Shown: one piece after another, positions 1 through 9,464 of the stretch
Layout: every line of letters starts with the position of its first letter
Position numbering within the stretch: position 1 is the first letter of the stretch
Source: an uncultured virus (IMG/VR IMGVR_UViG_3300049893_002526)
Lineage: Duplodnaviria > Heunggongvirae > Uroviricota > Caudoviricetes
Reading direction: 5' to 3' (one strand)
Length of the DNA: 64,000 bases
IMG/VR virus record: IMGVR_UViG_3300049893_002526
Translations under genes and position numbers: made by a program
Notes under the pieces: generated by a model
Seen by the model: only the letters and a program-made list of their open reading frames with translations
Told to the model about the DNA's origin: nothing
Database searches by the model: none

Positions 1-10
1 GTGTAGTCCG

Positions 11-166
11 TCACTGGAATAATTGAGCGGTATATTTTTCAAAGCCAGGGTCTTCTTGCCCTTTTGACACGGCGACGGCCCGCTTATAAAAGTGTGACTC
101 AGTCTTACCAGCAGCTTCCAGGGCCGTTTTTACTTTGAGCCAGTTCTGGCGAGTTCGGTCGTCCAT
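11..166 (-). CDS. small hypothetical phage protein (51 aa, MDDRTRQNWLKVKTALEAAGK...)
   Basis: Hand-translated ATG 166 to TGA 11, below the ORF-track cutoff; co-oriented with neighbours. Confidence 0.6.
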   Translation of the reverse strand: MDDRTRQNWLKVKTALEAAGKTESHFYKRAVAVSKGQEDPGFEKYTAQLFQ

Positions 167-199
167 GACTGCGCCTCGGGATAACGCTGTGGAATTGCG

Positions 200-385
200 T
201 TAGTCGAGAGCTGCGGCTTCTTGGCGTAACCAATCTGATGTTTCACCCGGATCTAGATCTAGGTGTTTATCGCCACGTTCCTCGACTTCATTGGCAATTA
301 ACTCCAATATAGTCTTTATTTGGGCATTTGTAAGACATAAAGGATACAGTTCAGGATTATTTTGTAATTTGTGTATTATGTTCAC
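200..385 (-). CDS. hypothetical protein
   Basis: ORF with 4-nt overlap to the upstream gene. Confidence 0.6.
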   Translation of the reverse strand: MNIIHKLQNNPELYPLCLTNAQIKTILELIANEVEERGDKHLDLDPGETSDWLRQEAAALD

Positions 386-627
386 AGGTTACCCCACTTC
401 TCTAGAACTTGTTGGGCGTATATTACGTGCATATATCGCATCCTGTTTGGGTCGGCCCACACCTCATCCCACAAGGCGTTTAATTCATCGTCTGTTGGGC
501 AGTGTTCTGGGTGGTCGTCTAAGTAATCCCTACAACGATCAGCTAGACATCCGAGAGCTAGCGGAGGGGTTGTTTTATCAACCTCCTCCACAAGCTCCAG
601 CAGCAGTTGGCGCAGCTTGTGAGCCAT
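382..627 (-). CDS. hypothetical protein
   Basis: ORF in tightly packed leftward run. Confidence 0.65.
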   Translation of the reverse strand: MAHKLRQLLLELVEEVDKTTPPLALGCLADRCRDYLDDHPEHCPTDDELNALWDEVWADPNRMRYMHVIYAQQVLEKWGNL

Positions 628-648
628 CTCGATTTTTCTTTACTTTAC

Positions 649-1392
649 TTAATTTTGGACGATAAGCTTGCTGACATTGAAGTGTTTGATCCAGGTGACT
701 AGCTTCACCGTGGCGTCTGTGTTTTCAAGACCAATGCAGCCGCTAGTGCCTGACTCACCGTTTAGCTTGCCCCAGGACGGATCGACATGAAAACCGAGCT
801 CTGATCGCCCCGTGGAGAATAGAGGGGTTATCGGAACCCAGAAACCAGTGCCTAGTTCCGGATCTGCGAAGGGTCCTCGTTCGATCCCGCTTCGGTCTAT
901 GCGGTAAGTGCCTGCAGGTAGAGGAGCTTTTGTTCCCGCGACGTGTCTGTTCACTGCTTGTCGATTTGCCCGACCTGTTACAGCTTTTAGGGTGTCTAAA
1001 ACTGTTCCGTCTTTACTTATTAGTTCTAAGTTCCATATAGGATCTTTGGTTTGTTTTACTGTGTTTGAGGTCTTTTTGAGGACTAGGAACGGGGCGTTGG
1101 ATAGGGGAGGAAGCGGCGGGATCTGCTCCTTGAATTGAATAGAAGGTCGCATCGACCCCGCTTCTACTGGGTAATCGGGTTCCGGGGTCGCGTCTGCAGG
1201 AAGATAACCATCCGGATACGACCGCGAGGGGTCATTGCCCATTTCAAGCGGCTGCTCCATGGCGAGCATTAGCTGTTGGTGGTACTCGCTTACCTCTTGT
1301 CGCGCAGTAAAGAAGCCTTTACCGTGATGCACTCCGAAGGCAACAGCGGCACCACCAAGGGTTCCAATCAAAGCGTACATTTTTAAGTTCAT
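649..1392 (-). CDS. membrane-anchored L,D-transpeptidase-like protein (YkuD / Tlde1-DUF2778 type)
   Basis: N-terminal hydrophobic segment; P.G.Y motif; C-terminal FHVDPSWGKLNGESGTSGCIGL fits the His...GC catalytic signature. Confidence 0.7.
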   Translation of the reverse strand: MNLKMYALIGTLGGAAVAFGVHHGKGFFTARQEVSEYHQQLMLAMEQPLEMGNDPSRSYPDGYLPADATPEPDYPVEAGSMRPSIQFKEQIPPLPPLSNAPFLVLKKTSNTVKQTKDPIWNLELISKDGTVLDTLKAVTGRANRQAVNRHVAGTKAPLPAGTYRIDRSGIERGPFADPELGTGFWVPITPLFSTGRSELGFHVDPSWGKLNGESGTSGCIGLENTDATVKLVTWIKHFNVSKLIVQN

Positions 1393-1397
1393 GAAAA

Positions 1398-1832
1398 TTA
1401 CATGTTGCCCGGACCGGTCCGTGGAGCCGGCGGTGGACTGTAGGGTGCAGGCGCATCGAAGTTGCCTGGACCTACTCTAGGAGCAGGAGGGGCCGCAGGG
1501 ACACTTGTTGCCTTTTGTGGCGCAGGAGTTTCTGGAGGGGTTTCGACTAAAGGTTCTTCGGGTTGAGCCTGTGCCGGTTGTGCTTCGGAGCCGCTTTCGG
1601 ATTTTTTGGTTTCCGTGGTTTGCGCATCCTGTTTAGGACCGCCTCCTTCTAGTTGTTGGAGCCATTCTGCTTTGGATTTTTCTTGAGGGTCTGGGTCTAG
1701 CTTCCCAGCGGGGTCGACTTTATTCGGGTTTGGGATGACTGCGTTAACCAGCACGCCCAGGACATTCGCAGCTGTCACAGCGAACACGAAGGCGACTGTG
1801 CCGATTAGAGCGTATTTAACTTTTTGATTCAC
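1398..1832 (-). CDS. membrane-anchored Pro-rich protein
   Basis: N-terminal TM helix, P/E/Q-rich linker, two R.GPGN repeats at the C-terminus. Confidence 0.7.
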   Translation of the reverse strand: MNQKVKYALIGTVAFVFAVTAANVLGVLVNAVIPNPNKVDPAGKLDPDPQEKSKAEWLQQLEGGGPKQDAQTTETKKSESGSEAQPAQAQPEEPLVETPPETPAPQKATSVPAAPPAPRVGPGNFDAPAPYSPPPAPRTGPGNM

Positions 1833-1838
1833 TAGGTT

Positions 1839-2117
1839 TTACTTGCAGAGGTAATCGCCGCGCATCCAGCCAACAAGTCCGTTGTATTCGACTTTCCACC
1901 AGCTCATTTGGTCGCTTCCCCAGACCCAGGTCAAGGCGCGGATATAGTTCTCGTTGGGGATTGAGGCGATTATTGTTGCCCGTGTTGAGGGCTGATTTCG
2001 CAGATTTACAGAGCTGCGGAAATCACGGGTGCAGGTCATGGCCCACTGTGCTCGTGCCGGTGTGGCCGCGCCCAAGGTCAAGAAACCAGTCAGAGCCAGA
2101 AAGAGCAGTCGTTTCAT
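1839..2117 (-). CDS. secreted bacterial SH3 (SH3b) domain protein
   Basis: Signal peptide MKRLLFLALTG...ARA; VNLR..PS...WWKVEYNGLVGWM SH3b pattern; start reassigned to ATG 2117. Confidence 0.8.
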   Translation of the reverse strand: MKRLLFLALTGFLTLGAATPARAQWAMTCTRDFRSSVNLRNQPSTRATIIASIPNENYIRALTWVWGSDQMSWWKVEYNGLVGWMRGDYLCK

Positions 2118-2231
2118 TTGGAGGTGATGTGATTGTTTAATCGTAGCAGCCAGAAGACTGCACAGCAATCATACTGTGCCACTACGCTTACCGCGCTACT
2201 CTTGTAGGGTATTTTTTAAATATTTAAATAG

Positions 2232-2486
2232 TTAGCGTCGTCTGCGTTCGCTGGCAAGGATGAGCTCGGCGAACTCGCGCAGGTTGTTCATTTTTTCCTG
2301 AGCACGCAACCGGATGTGGTTTGCGATTCGTTGTTTCTCGTCGCGTTCATTCGCTGTTTGCGAATGGCGAATCCATTTCTCTGTTTCTTCAGCTGCGCCA
2401 ATGGCGTACAGCTCGGTAAGGTCCCAGCACTGGGCCACGCACAAGCCAGCTCTGTTTGCTGCTTCGATCAGTTCTAGGTCAGTCAT
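2232..2486 (-). CDS. hypothetical protein
   Basis: ORF, co-oriented run. Confidence 0.65.
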   Translation of the reverse strand: MTDLELIEAANRAGLCVAQCWDLTELYAIGAAEETEKWIRHSQTANERDEKQRIANHIRLRAQEKMNNLREFAELILASERRRR

Positions 2487-2501
2487 AGTTAGTTGATCGG
2501 A

Positions 2502-2732
2502 CTACTGAGCGTGCTTCCAGTCAGTGTCTGGCTGATGCTTGCGTAGAAACTCCACCAACAGATGGTGTGCTTCTCCTGCATCCTCAATGAACTGCCCTCG
2601 GTAGTGAAAGCCTTGGGCGTCGATGCGGATGACGCAGTCAAAGCCGCTGTGGAAGGCAATGCTGGACTGTGCCATTGCATCGGCGGCGGAAAATACATTT
2701 TCGCCGTTGTTAGGCATGGTGAGATTGGTCAT
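2502..2732 (-). CDS. hypothetical protein
   Basis: ORF, co-oriented run. Confidence 0.6.
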   Translation of the reverse strand: MTNLTMPNNGENVFSAADAMAQSSIAFHSGFDCVIRIDAQGFHYRGQFIEDAGEAHHLLVEFLRKHQPDTDWKHAQ

Positions 2733-2926
2733 GGTAAGTAGTGTGTAGAACTAATTAGATGGGGGCAGTAGCGATCTGAAGTTTTTAGAGTTGCAGCATT
2801 TGACACGTTGAAGTCGCCGCCTTTATCTAGCCAACGGAGGCATTCGTGCCGTTGTTCGCACGAGTCGTCGTTACACCGGGTGTAATCACGAGGCAGCGTG
2901 GTTCTAGTCTGTCGGAGGTTTTTCAC
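2729..2926 (-). CDS. small Cys-rich hypothetical protein
   Basis: C-x4-C-x5-C...C pattern; start uncertain (GTG 2926). Confidence 0.45.
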   Translation of the reverse strand: MKNLRQTRTTLPRDYTRCNDDSCEQRHECLRWLDKGGDFNVSNAATLKTSDRYCPHLISSTHYLP

Positions 2927-3143
2927 TGAATCCCCAGAATTGTTCTGCTTTTTTTGCTTCATGTAAGAGCCACAAGCGTGTGTCTTCTGCGGTATTTTCG
3001 TACACACCGTGTTCATCCTCGCCCGAAACGACGATTTCTCCCGCAATAACAGCTAGGATCCGACCGATCTTCTGGGGCCAGATGGATCCGTACAGATCCT
3101 CTGAATCTCGGATCAGTTCAAATAGGTGCTTCTGATTCGTCAT
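2904..3143 (-). CDS. hypothetical protein
   Basis: ORF, co-oriented run. Confidence 0.6.
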   Translation of the reverse strand: MTNQKHLFELIRDSEDLYGSIWPQKIGRILAVIAGEIVVSGEDEHGVYENTAEDTRLWLLHEAKKAEQFWGFSEKPPTD

Positions 3144-3435
3144 TTAAATTGGCCAGGTCTTCGGCCAGTTTAAGATCGTATTCTTCGGCGACTTTGCGCA
3201 TATCTTCGAATGAGCGACCTTCCCGAAAGGCCAGGTTGGTGGCGCCACGCATGATGCTGAGTTCCGAAAAGCCCTGAGCTCCCAGGATCTTTTCGAACAA
3301 GGCGAACCATCCGTGGGCGGTCATGTCCGCAAAGTCGATACGGAATTCGATTGTGTGTTCGGGAAGACCGTCGAAGGTTTCATCGGAATCGAACTCCAGG
3401 GTTATTTTGGCTTCGTGTTTGGGGCACATGTTCAT
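3118..3435 (-). CDS. hypothetical protein
   Basis: ORF; start reassigned to an internal ATG. Confidence 0.6.
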   Translation of the reverse strand: MNMCPKHEAKITLEFDSDETFDGLPEHTIEFRIDFADMTAHGWFALFEKILGAQGFSELSIMRGATNLAFREGRSFEDMRKVAEEYDLKLAEDLANLNDESEAPI

Positions 3436-3655
3436 TTGACTTCTGTGTTTTAAAGTTCTCAACGGCGTCTAAAGCTGTGGAGATGAATTTAAGTCGCGGC
3501 TCTAGGTGCGCCTTTTCTTGAGTCAGGATAGCGCTTAGATCTAAGCTCAAATCCCTGAAGCCTTGTTCGTCATCGAGATATTCGAAGATGCAGTTTTCTA
3601 GGCGTTCGTACCGGTTTTGCTTGTACACGGAGTCGAAGTTCGGATCTATGAACAT
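3380..3655 (-). CDS. hypothetical protein
   Basis: ORF, co-oriented run. Confidence 0.6.
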   Translation of the reverse strand: MFIDPNFDSVYKQNRYERLENCIFEYLDDEQGFRDLSLDLSAILTQEKAHLEPRLKFISTALDAVENFKTQKSNEHVPQTRSQNNPGVRFR

Positions 3656-3755
3656 GATGTTTTTGGGGTTCAGGGAAGAACTTTAGAGGCAATCCAAAGG
3701 AGAATAAAGCAGGTCAGAACATAGGCGATCGATAAGTAAATGAAGAGCGGGAGTG

Positions 3756-4370
3756 TCATTGTTTGACAGTCCAAAGTTGCCAACCGCAGTATACGCCTTT
3801 TGTCAAGCCGCAAGCGGTAACACAGGCATCAACGGCGTTTTTAACGTCGGGGTGTCCATAGTCGTCGAACAGGACAGCGCCGCCGGATTTAACGTGAGGT
3901 ACGTACAGCATGATGTCGCGCATAACTGAGATTGTATCATGTGCACCATCGATGTACAGGATGTCGATGCCGTCAGTGAACTCGGCCTTGAGGTCTGGGT
4001 AGAGGTCCCAGGAGCAGCCTTTGTGGATTGAGACCTTGCCGGGCCACGCAGACTTAGCGACGTTGGTTCGGGCGATGAACTCGATTCGGTCCAGCGTGGG
4101 ATGCTGCTGGGGGTCGTTCTGTTGTTCTGGTGAGCCGGTGAATGGGTCGATACTGATCAGCCTGCTGTAGGGGTGCTCCAACAGGTTGTCGGAGAACCAA
4201 ACTGTGGAAGCACCCTCATAAATCCCGATTTCGACGATAATTCTTCGGTCGAGTGGATTAAAGTGAAGTTCTGGTGTTTGAGGCTCCGATTTGGCGAGTT
4301 CCCACGCGGAGACCAGATTGCGCACCCAGTCATTGTGAATGTTGTACTTTGGGTCTAGACTGTGCGGCAC
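3756..4370 (-). CDS. class I SAM-dependent methyltransferase (Methyltransf_24-like)
   Basis: VEIGIYEGAS motif I, IDPF, DILYIDGAH, GG.VLFDDY; probable GTG start at 4370. Confidence 0.85.
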   Translation of the reverse strand: MPHSLDPKYNIHNDWVRNLVSAWELAKSEPQTPELHFNPLDRRIIVEIGIYEGASTVWFSDNLLEHPYSRLISIDPFTGSPEQQNDPQQHPTLDRIEFIARTNVAKSAWPGKVSIHKGCSWDLYPDLKAEFTDGIDILYIDGAHDTISVMRDIMLYVPHVKSGGAVLFDDYGHPDVKNAVDACVTACGLTKGVYCGWQLWTVKQ

Positions 4371-4397
4371 GGGGGATAGCACTTGGGTAGTAGCAGT

Positions 4398-4613
4398 ATG
4401 ACAGAACAAACAAACGCAGACAACTGTGAATTTGATTTTGACGTGGCAATAGCTGAAAACGTACGTTCTAGCCCACACAACGACGGAGACTCAGTCGTAA
4501 TCGAGTCAGTGTGGGGCGACAAATGCTATGTAAGTTCTTGGCACTTGGTGCGGGAGAAAGAGCTGTACTTTGTGAGGAAGGCGATTAGGGAAGGGAAATT
4601 GATGGCCGGTTGA
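4398..4613 (+). CDS. hypothetical protein
   Basis: ORF from ATG 4398. Confidence 0.55.
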   Translation: MTEQTNADNCEFDFDVAIAENVRSSPHNDGDSVVIESVWGDKCYVSSWHLVREKELYFVRKAIREGKLMAG

Positions 4614-4663
4614 TTGTTACAAGTTTGTTGCGGGCCGAAAATTTCGGGCTAATCTGGCGGGGC

Positions 4664-4745
4664 GCCCAGGTGGTGGAATGGTAGACACACAGCACTTAAA
4701 ATGCTGAGGCGTTATGCCGTACGAGTTCGAGTCTCGTCCTGGGTA
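4664..4745 (+). tRNA. trnL: tRNA-Leu (anticodon TAA), intronless, CCA not encoded
   Basis: Acceptor GCCCAGG/CCTGGGT, D-loop GGAATGGTAGAC, anticodon arm CAGCA-CTTAAAA-TGCTG, long variable arm, T-arm ACGAG-TTCGAGT-CTCGT. Confidence 0.95.
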
Positions 4746-4763
4746 TTTCACTAACTAAATCAC

Positions 4764-4997
4764 ATGGAAACGCACCCCTTACTTAAATATGTGGCCATGC
4801 AACTGGCCGAGTCTCATGAGTCACATGATTGGTATTCGCACTTGGCAGATGCCCGCGTGGTGATGGAGGCTACAGCCGAGTGGATTGAGGCGTTGTATCG
4901 CGACGCGCAAGCCGATGTGCTGAGTGAGGACTGCTATATTACCGCTCATTACTTGCGCGGCATCCTCGATGGAAGCTATCCAGGAACAGCTGGATAA
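4764..4997 (+). CDS. hypothetical protein
   Basis: ORF directly after the tRNA. Confidence 0.65.
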   Translation: METHPLLKYVAMQLAESHESHDWYSHLADARVVMEATAEWIEALYRDAQADVLSEDCYITAHYLRGILDGSYPGTAG

Positions 4998-5220
4998 ACT
5001 CAAGACTGCCAAGCACGCTTGTCTGGACTGCGGCAAACGCAACGGGGATTACTCGGCGCGTGACCCGCAGTTTTTTGTTGCTGAGTGCCCACTCTGCGGA
5101 AAGCGCACAAAAGTGACGGACGCCCAACACTTTGGTTTTTTCTACCGGGGCTTGTGTAGGCTTCGGATCCACAAGGCTCGCCTGGAGCGCAATGCCCGAG
5201 CACAATCCAAATCTGCTTGA
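4969..5220 (+). CDS. zinc-ribbon protein
   Basis: CLDC...CPLC; start reassigned to ATG 4969. Confidence 0.65.
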   Translation: MEAIQEQLDKLKTAKHACLDCGKRNGDYSARDPQFFVAECPLCGKRTKVTDAQHFGFFYRGLCRLRIHKARLERNARAQSKSA

Positions 5221-5578
5221 GCTCGGACTTTATGCTTTTTGGCATGAAGATTTTAAAGACGAAATTCTGGATTCTCCCGCTCGCATGGCAGCCGTGTTAA
5301 ACATGTTGAGAGATAACGGAGTCTGTATGACTGCAACCGAACAGCCGAACATGAGGTTCGCCGTGGGAGATCGGATCGCTAAACGTACGTGTTCTGCGGG
5401 AATGTCTTTGCCTAATAAAAAAGGCGAAGTCACAGGGTATAAAAAGACACTAAGGAAAGATGGAAAACCTCAATGGCGATATATCGTCAAGCTGGATAAC
5501 GGTAAAATGGAAGAGTGGGTACCGGGCATGGTGTACGCCTGCGACGACCCGAAAGCCGACCGAGTTGCTTTCGTATGA
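5192..5578 (+). CDS. hypothetical protein with an SH3/KOW-like beta-barrel C-terminus
   Basis: RFAVGDRI...GEV...YIVKLDNG pattern; start ATG 5192. Confidence 0.55.
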   Translation: MPEHNPNLLELGLYAFWHEDFKDEILDSPARMAAVLNMLRDNGVCMTATEQPNMRFAVGDRIAKRTCSAGMSLPNKKGEVTGYKKTLRKDGKPQWRYIVKLDNGKMEEWVPGMVYACDDPKADRVAFV

Positions 5579-6024
5579 CGGAGAAGTGGGATCGCAGGTT
5601 TCTAGACCTCGCAAAACATATCAGTGACTGGAGCCTCGATCCCTCTACGAAGGTTGGCGCCGTTGCCGTCAAGGATCGGCGAGTTCTTGCGACTGGGTAC
5701 AACGGGTTGCCCCGTGGAATTGCCGACTTACCAGGGCGACTCAACAACCGGGACGAGAAGTATCTGCGCACTGTACACGCTGAAGCAAATATAGTTGCTC
5801 AGGCTGCTAGGTTCGGTATTGATATGTCCGGATCTACGGTATATGTGTGGCCGTTCCTGCCTTGCTGTAACTGCACCACACTTATGATTCAGGCGGGTGT
5901 TCGGCGTATTGTCGTGCCAGAGCTGCCGATTCCTGATCGTTGGCAAGCCAACTTCAATTTGTCGGTCGACATGCTGCGCGAGTCCGGCGTGGATCTTATG
6001 CAGATTCTCGTCGAAGAGCAATGA
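5575..6024 (+). CDS. dCMP deaminase
   Basis: S.DPSTKVGAV, TGYNG.PRG, HAE.N and PC..C zinc motifs; start ATG 5575. Confidence 0.93.
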   Translation: MTEKWDRRFLDLAKHISDWSLDPSTKVGAVAVKDRRVLATGYNGLPRGIADLPGRLNNRDEKYLRTVHAEANIVAQAARFGIDMSGSTVYVWPFLPCCNCTTLMIQAGVRRIVVPELPIPDRWQANFNLSVDMLRESGVDLMQILVEEQ

Positions 6025-6715
6025 ACATGTTGTCGAAGCCTTTAATGTGTCCGACTTGGTAAGGAAGTTCGTTCATCAGGTATTTAAAGAGCTCAGAGCG
6101 CTTTTGATTATGAGCGCCCGGCCCGTTGGACTCAAATAAGATTGGCGGGAAATCGCAACGTTTCAGAGTTTCGCGTGCACCCTGGATTGCTTCGAGTTCC
6201 GCGCCTTCAACGTCCAGTTTGATCAGTCCCACGTCGGACCACTCGAAGTTGTCGATGTGGATGGTTTCGACGGTTTCTTTGGACTTGATCTGGGCTTCGT
6301 CTGGTTTGATGGTCGAGGAGCCGCCACCGTCGTCGCTGACTACGTACAGTGTTGTGTGACTGTATGTGTGTGAGTGATTGGTCAGTGCGAAATTATGCGG
6401 GGTGATGTTGGTTTTTTCGTTGATGTAGATGTTGCCGCAGAGTTGGAAGTAGGTGCGGCGCTGAGCTTCGAACGCCTCAACTGCATTAAATGTTTCGGCA
6501 AGCAAGATGCTATACGCGCCCATATGCGCGCCGCCGTCGATAAAACGAGCCCGTTGCGGATCAAAGAACTGTTTGCAGAATTCGATAAGCTCGCGCTCGG
6601 GAATTCCCACGCGGAACATCTGGCAGAGACCCGAATCGTCCTCGTTCATGAGGAACGCTGGTTTCGGCGTGGGGATAATGGTTTTGCTTTCGGGACCCCA
6701 GATGTACTTGGTCAT
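5996..6715 (-). CDS. FkbM-family methyltransferase
   Basis: FIDGGAHMG, AFE, IKLDVEGAEL...GA, ILFE motifs. Confidence 0.9.
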   Translation of the reverse strand: MTKYIWGPESKTIIPTPKPAFLMNEDDSGLCQMFRVGIPERELIEFCKQFFDPQRARFIDGGAHMGAYSILLAETFNAVEAFEAQRRTYFQLCGNIYINEKTNITPHNFALTNHSHTYSHTTLYVVSDDGGGSSTIKPDEAQIKSKETVETIHIDNFEWSDVGLIKLDVEGAELEAIQGARETLKRCDFPPILFESNGPGAHNQKRSELFKYLMNELPYQVGHIKGFDNMFIALRRESA

Positions 6716-6798
6716 TTAAGTTTGTTTAATGCCAGTAAACTAGCATAATTACTAAACAAGGTATAGGTTTATAATTAACGTAAAAGAATTTAGGTCCA

Positions 6799-8145
6799 GT
6801 GGCTTCCCAGAATTTCATCGCGCGTCCTGGATTGCAGTTTACTCAGACTGGTTCAGGTGTCGTAAATCGTACTATAGAGTCCAAGCTTAGTGATTTAGTC
6901 AGTGTTAAAGATTATGGTGCGATAGGTAACGGTAGTGCTAACGACACGACAGCCGTTCAAAATGCTGCCGCTGCCGGTACCTACTACGTTCCCGCAGGGC
7001 TTTACAGCACTACGATTGCAACTAAGGCTTCGTTGCCTGGGCGTTTTTCGGGCTTAGGTTCTATCCGTTGTGCGGACAACAACAAGACCGGCCTTTACTA
7101 CTCCAACGTAAGCAGTCCGCCTACAAGTTCCGGTAACGCCGACTCCCCCCTAACAGCATTTAACGGTGATCTGACTAAATGTCAGTTCCCTGTTGAGCAT
7201 TGGATTACCGGTGCAAACACTGTAGGACAGCCCACTACAGGATATTCTTATACCCCTGAAGTATTCCCCCATTACACTTATCTTTATAACTCGTCAGGCT
7301 GGAACCAACAGACTTCCGGCAACGGCGGCCGGACAGGGATTGCCGCTTACCGTACAAAAATTTTTCAAGCTGGACAAGGGGATCTGGTCTGCTTCAACGG
7401 CAGTGCCTTTGTAACCGGAACGCGAGCGGGATCTACAAACTTCCTTGCCAACCCTGCCGCCGTCTTATTTAACGGCGATATGACTGCAGGGGCTAATGGC
7501 GTTTATATGAATCCTTATGAAACAATCTGTGACGATAACGGTTTTGATGCGGCGTGTGTAGGCGTCGTTAACAATTTCAATCGTACGGTGGCCACCGGGG
7601 CAAAAAGCGCCGTGTGGTTGGGCTACCGTGCGCAAAGTACAGGTGCTGCAACTTGCGATGCTCTCGTTAGCGCTACGGGTAAATGGGTTACCGGTTTAGA
7701 CTTGTCGATGAGCGGTCTCGACTTCGGCGCTAATAAAGCAGCTATTAGTTTAAAAGGCAATGATCGCATCTATTTTAATAACGCAGCTATTGCTTCTGGA
7801 AATCTAGATGGTGATTGGCGCACTACTGTATTTAATGGTGATTATTTAGAGTACAATTCCAGCGGCTCTTTTATTCACTTTGTTCGAGGCGGATCCTCTA
7901 AACTTCAAATAGGATCCTCCGACGTCATTGTCGCCAATGCTAATTTTGGTGTGAACGTCGGATCCGGTTCCACAGCTTTTGTACGAGGATTGCAAACTGG
8001 CTTTGGTCTACCTACCGGAACGACCAACACTGCTTCGTTCAATACAGCTACAGTCACATTGACGCAGCTTGCGGAGTATGTTGCCGGGCTTGTTGCTAGA
8101 ATCCACTCGTCTACTTCTGGTGCTCACGCTTTAATCGGACCTTGA
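6799..8145 (+). CDS. tailspike / receptor-binding protein 1
   Basis: RTIESKLSDLVSVKDYGAIGNG..NDT.A.Q tailspike neck motif; G/T/N-rich beta-rich body. Confidence 0.8.
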   Translation: MASQNFIARPGLQFTQTGSGVVNRTIESKLSDLVSVKDYGAIGNGSANDTTAVQNAAAAGTYYVPAGLYSTTIATKASLPGRFSGLGSIRCADNNKTGLYYSNVSSPPTSSGNADSPLTAFNGDLTKCQFPVEHWITGANTVGQPTTGYSYTPEVFPHYTYLYNSSGWNQQTSGNGGRTGIAAYRTKIFQAGQGDLVCFNGSAFVTGTRAGSTNFLANPAAVLFNGDMTAGANGVYMNPYETICDDNGFDAACVGVVNNFNRTVATGAKSAVWLGYRAQSTGAATCDALVSATGKWVTGLDLSMSGLDFGANKAAISLKGNDRIYFNNAAIASGNLDGDWRTTVFNGDYLEYNSSGSFIHFVRGGSSKLQIGSSDVIVANANFGVNVGSGSTAFVRGLQTGFGLPTGTTNTASFNTATVTLTQLAEYVAGLVARIHSSTSGAHALIGP

Positions 8146-8147
8146 TC

Positions 8148-8297
8148 ATGGAAAATGCCGTTTCTAAGTGTTCCCTTCCCTCTGAAGAGGTCAAACAGTT
8201 CTTGCTAGAGGTTCTGGATCACACAACTTTTAAAGGTTCTTTGGTTGAATTCGTTTCTGCGGTGAAGCAACTGATCAAAGACGCAGACATTAAGTAA
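8148..8297 (+). CDS. small protein downstream of the tailspike (possible chaperone)
   Basis: Hand-translated 49-aa ORF starting 2 nt after the tailspike stop. Confidence 0.5.
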   Translation: MENAVSKCSLPSEEVKQFLLEVLDHTTFKGSLVEFVSAVKQLIKDADIK

Positions 8298-8370
8298 TTA
8301 ACAGTCCAAAACCTGCTACTCGATACACCGGGGACTGTGTTAGTATGCTGGTAATTATACCGGCTTAAAC

Positions 8371-9138
8371 ATGCTCCCTGTTATCGGTACAGCCGTCGTC
8401 AATGCTCCTCATTGGGTCTATCGTCTTTTTTACAGCATAGATTACCCCGTGGAGACGTTCGTTGTTTTCAATAACAACGGCCGTGACCAAATAACAGAGG
8501 AGCTTGACGCTCTAAAAAACGTTCCCCATAAGTACGTTAAAAACGTAAAAGTTTGCCACTTGCCTGCGAACATAGGGTGTTCGGGCTATTGGAACTTGAC
8601 GATTAAGTGCTTTATGAATGCGCCTTATTGGCTCATCGTAAATCACGATGTTATGTTCACTCCCGGTTTTCTTCAGGCAATGCACGACAGTGCTCAAGAT
8701 CCTGAAGTTGGTGTCGTTCACGGGGATAACGGCGCCTGGGACGTTTTTTTACTCAAGGATTGGGCAGTCCAAAAGTACGGACTCTTCGATGAGAATCTTT
8801 ATCCGGCGTATTGCGAGGATCTCGATTGGGGAATGCGTTTTCAGCACGACGAAGACTTCAAACGCATCATGTCAGTAGGCATCCCGTATTACCACGGTGA
8901 GCTGACTGGATCATATGCTGACGGGTCGCAAACCTGGCGTTCGGAACCCGAATTAGCCAACCGAATTCATATGGCCCACGAATTGAACAAGACGTACATG
9001 CACGCCAAATGGTCCGAAGCGTGGCAAGGACACGTCGAGGGTAAGCCCTATAAAAATCCGTTTAATAACCCCGCCTTCCCTCCTTGTCTGACTACATATA
9101 ACCTTGAGTTCGTGCGAGCTAAAAATTTAGGTTTTTAG
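8371..9138 (+). CDS. glycosyltransferase, GT2/GT-A fold
   Basis: N.G....WN, LIVNHD (DxD position), GLFDENLYPAYCEDLD. Confidence 0.85.
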   Translation: MLPVIGTAVVNAPHWVYRLFYSIDYPVETFVVFNNNGRDQITEELDALKNVPHKYVKNVKVCHLPANIGCSGYWNLTIKCFMNAPYWLIVNHDVMFTPGFLQAMHDSAQDPEVGVVHGDNGAWDVFLLKDWAVQKYGLFDENLYPAYCEDLDWGMRFQHDEDFKRIMSVGIPYYHGELTGSYADGSQTWRSEPELANRIHMAHELNKTYMHAKWSEAWQGHVEGKPYKNPFNNPAFPPCLTTYNLEFVRAKNLGF

Positions 9139-9173
9139 CTTGATAGGATACAGCTATTAGTTAGCTAACCGCT

Positions 9174-9464
9174 GTGCCTTTTTATAGTTCACGTCCGTCC
9201 GAACGACGTTTAGTTAACCGGTTAGACGAGATTCTGACCGAGCGCGGCATCTCGTCCTTTAGGCTGAGCAAATTAGCTGATTTGTCACCGACAACGACGC
9301 GCAACATCTGTTCGGACGAGTTCTACATTCCGAGTCCAGAAGTGCTGGAGAAAATCTGCATCGTACTGGAGGTGCAACCCGGCGAAATCTTGAAGCTTCG
9401 TACTAAAATGGAACTAGAAGACGTAGCCGTTAGTTCATGTTCTCTGACTCCGATTACGAATTAG
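9174..9464 (+). CDS. Cro/C1-type helix-turn-helix regulator
   Basis: L..RGIS...LSKLADLS..T...LEKIC..L.VQPGEIL pattern. Confidence 0.85.
   Translation: MPFYSSRPSERRLVNRLDEILTERGISSFRLSKLADLSPTTTRNICSDEFYIPSPEVLEKICIVLEVQPGEILKLRTKMELEDVAVSSCSLTPITN

Noticed and set aside
4664..4745. tRNA as a prophage attachment site
   Set aside because: No integrase, no duplicated tRNA end and phage genes on both sides
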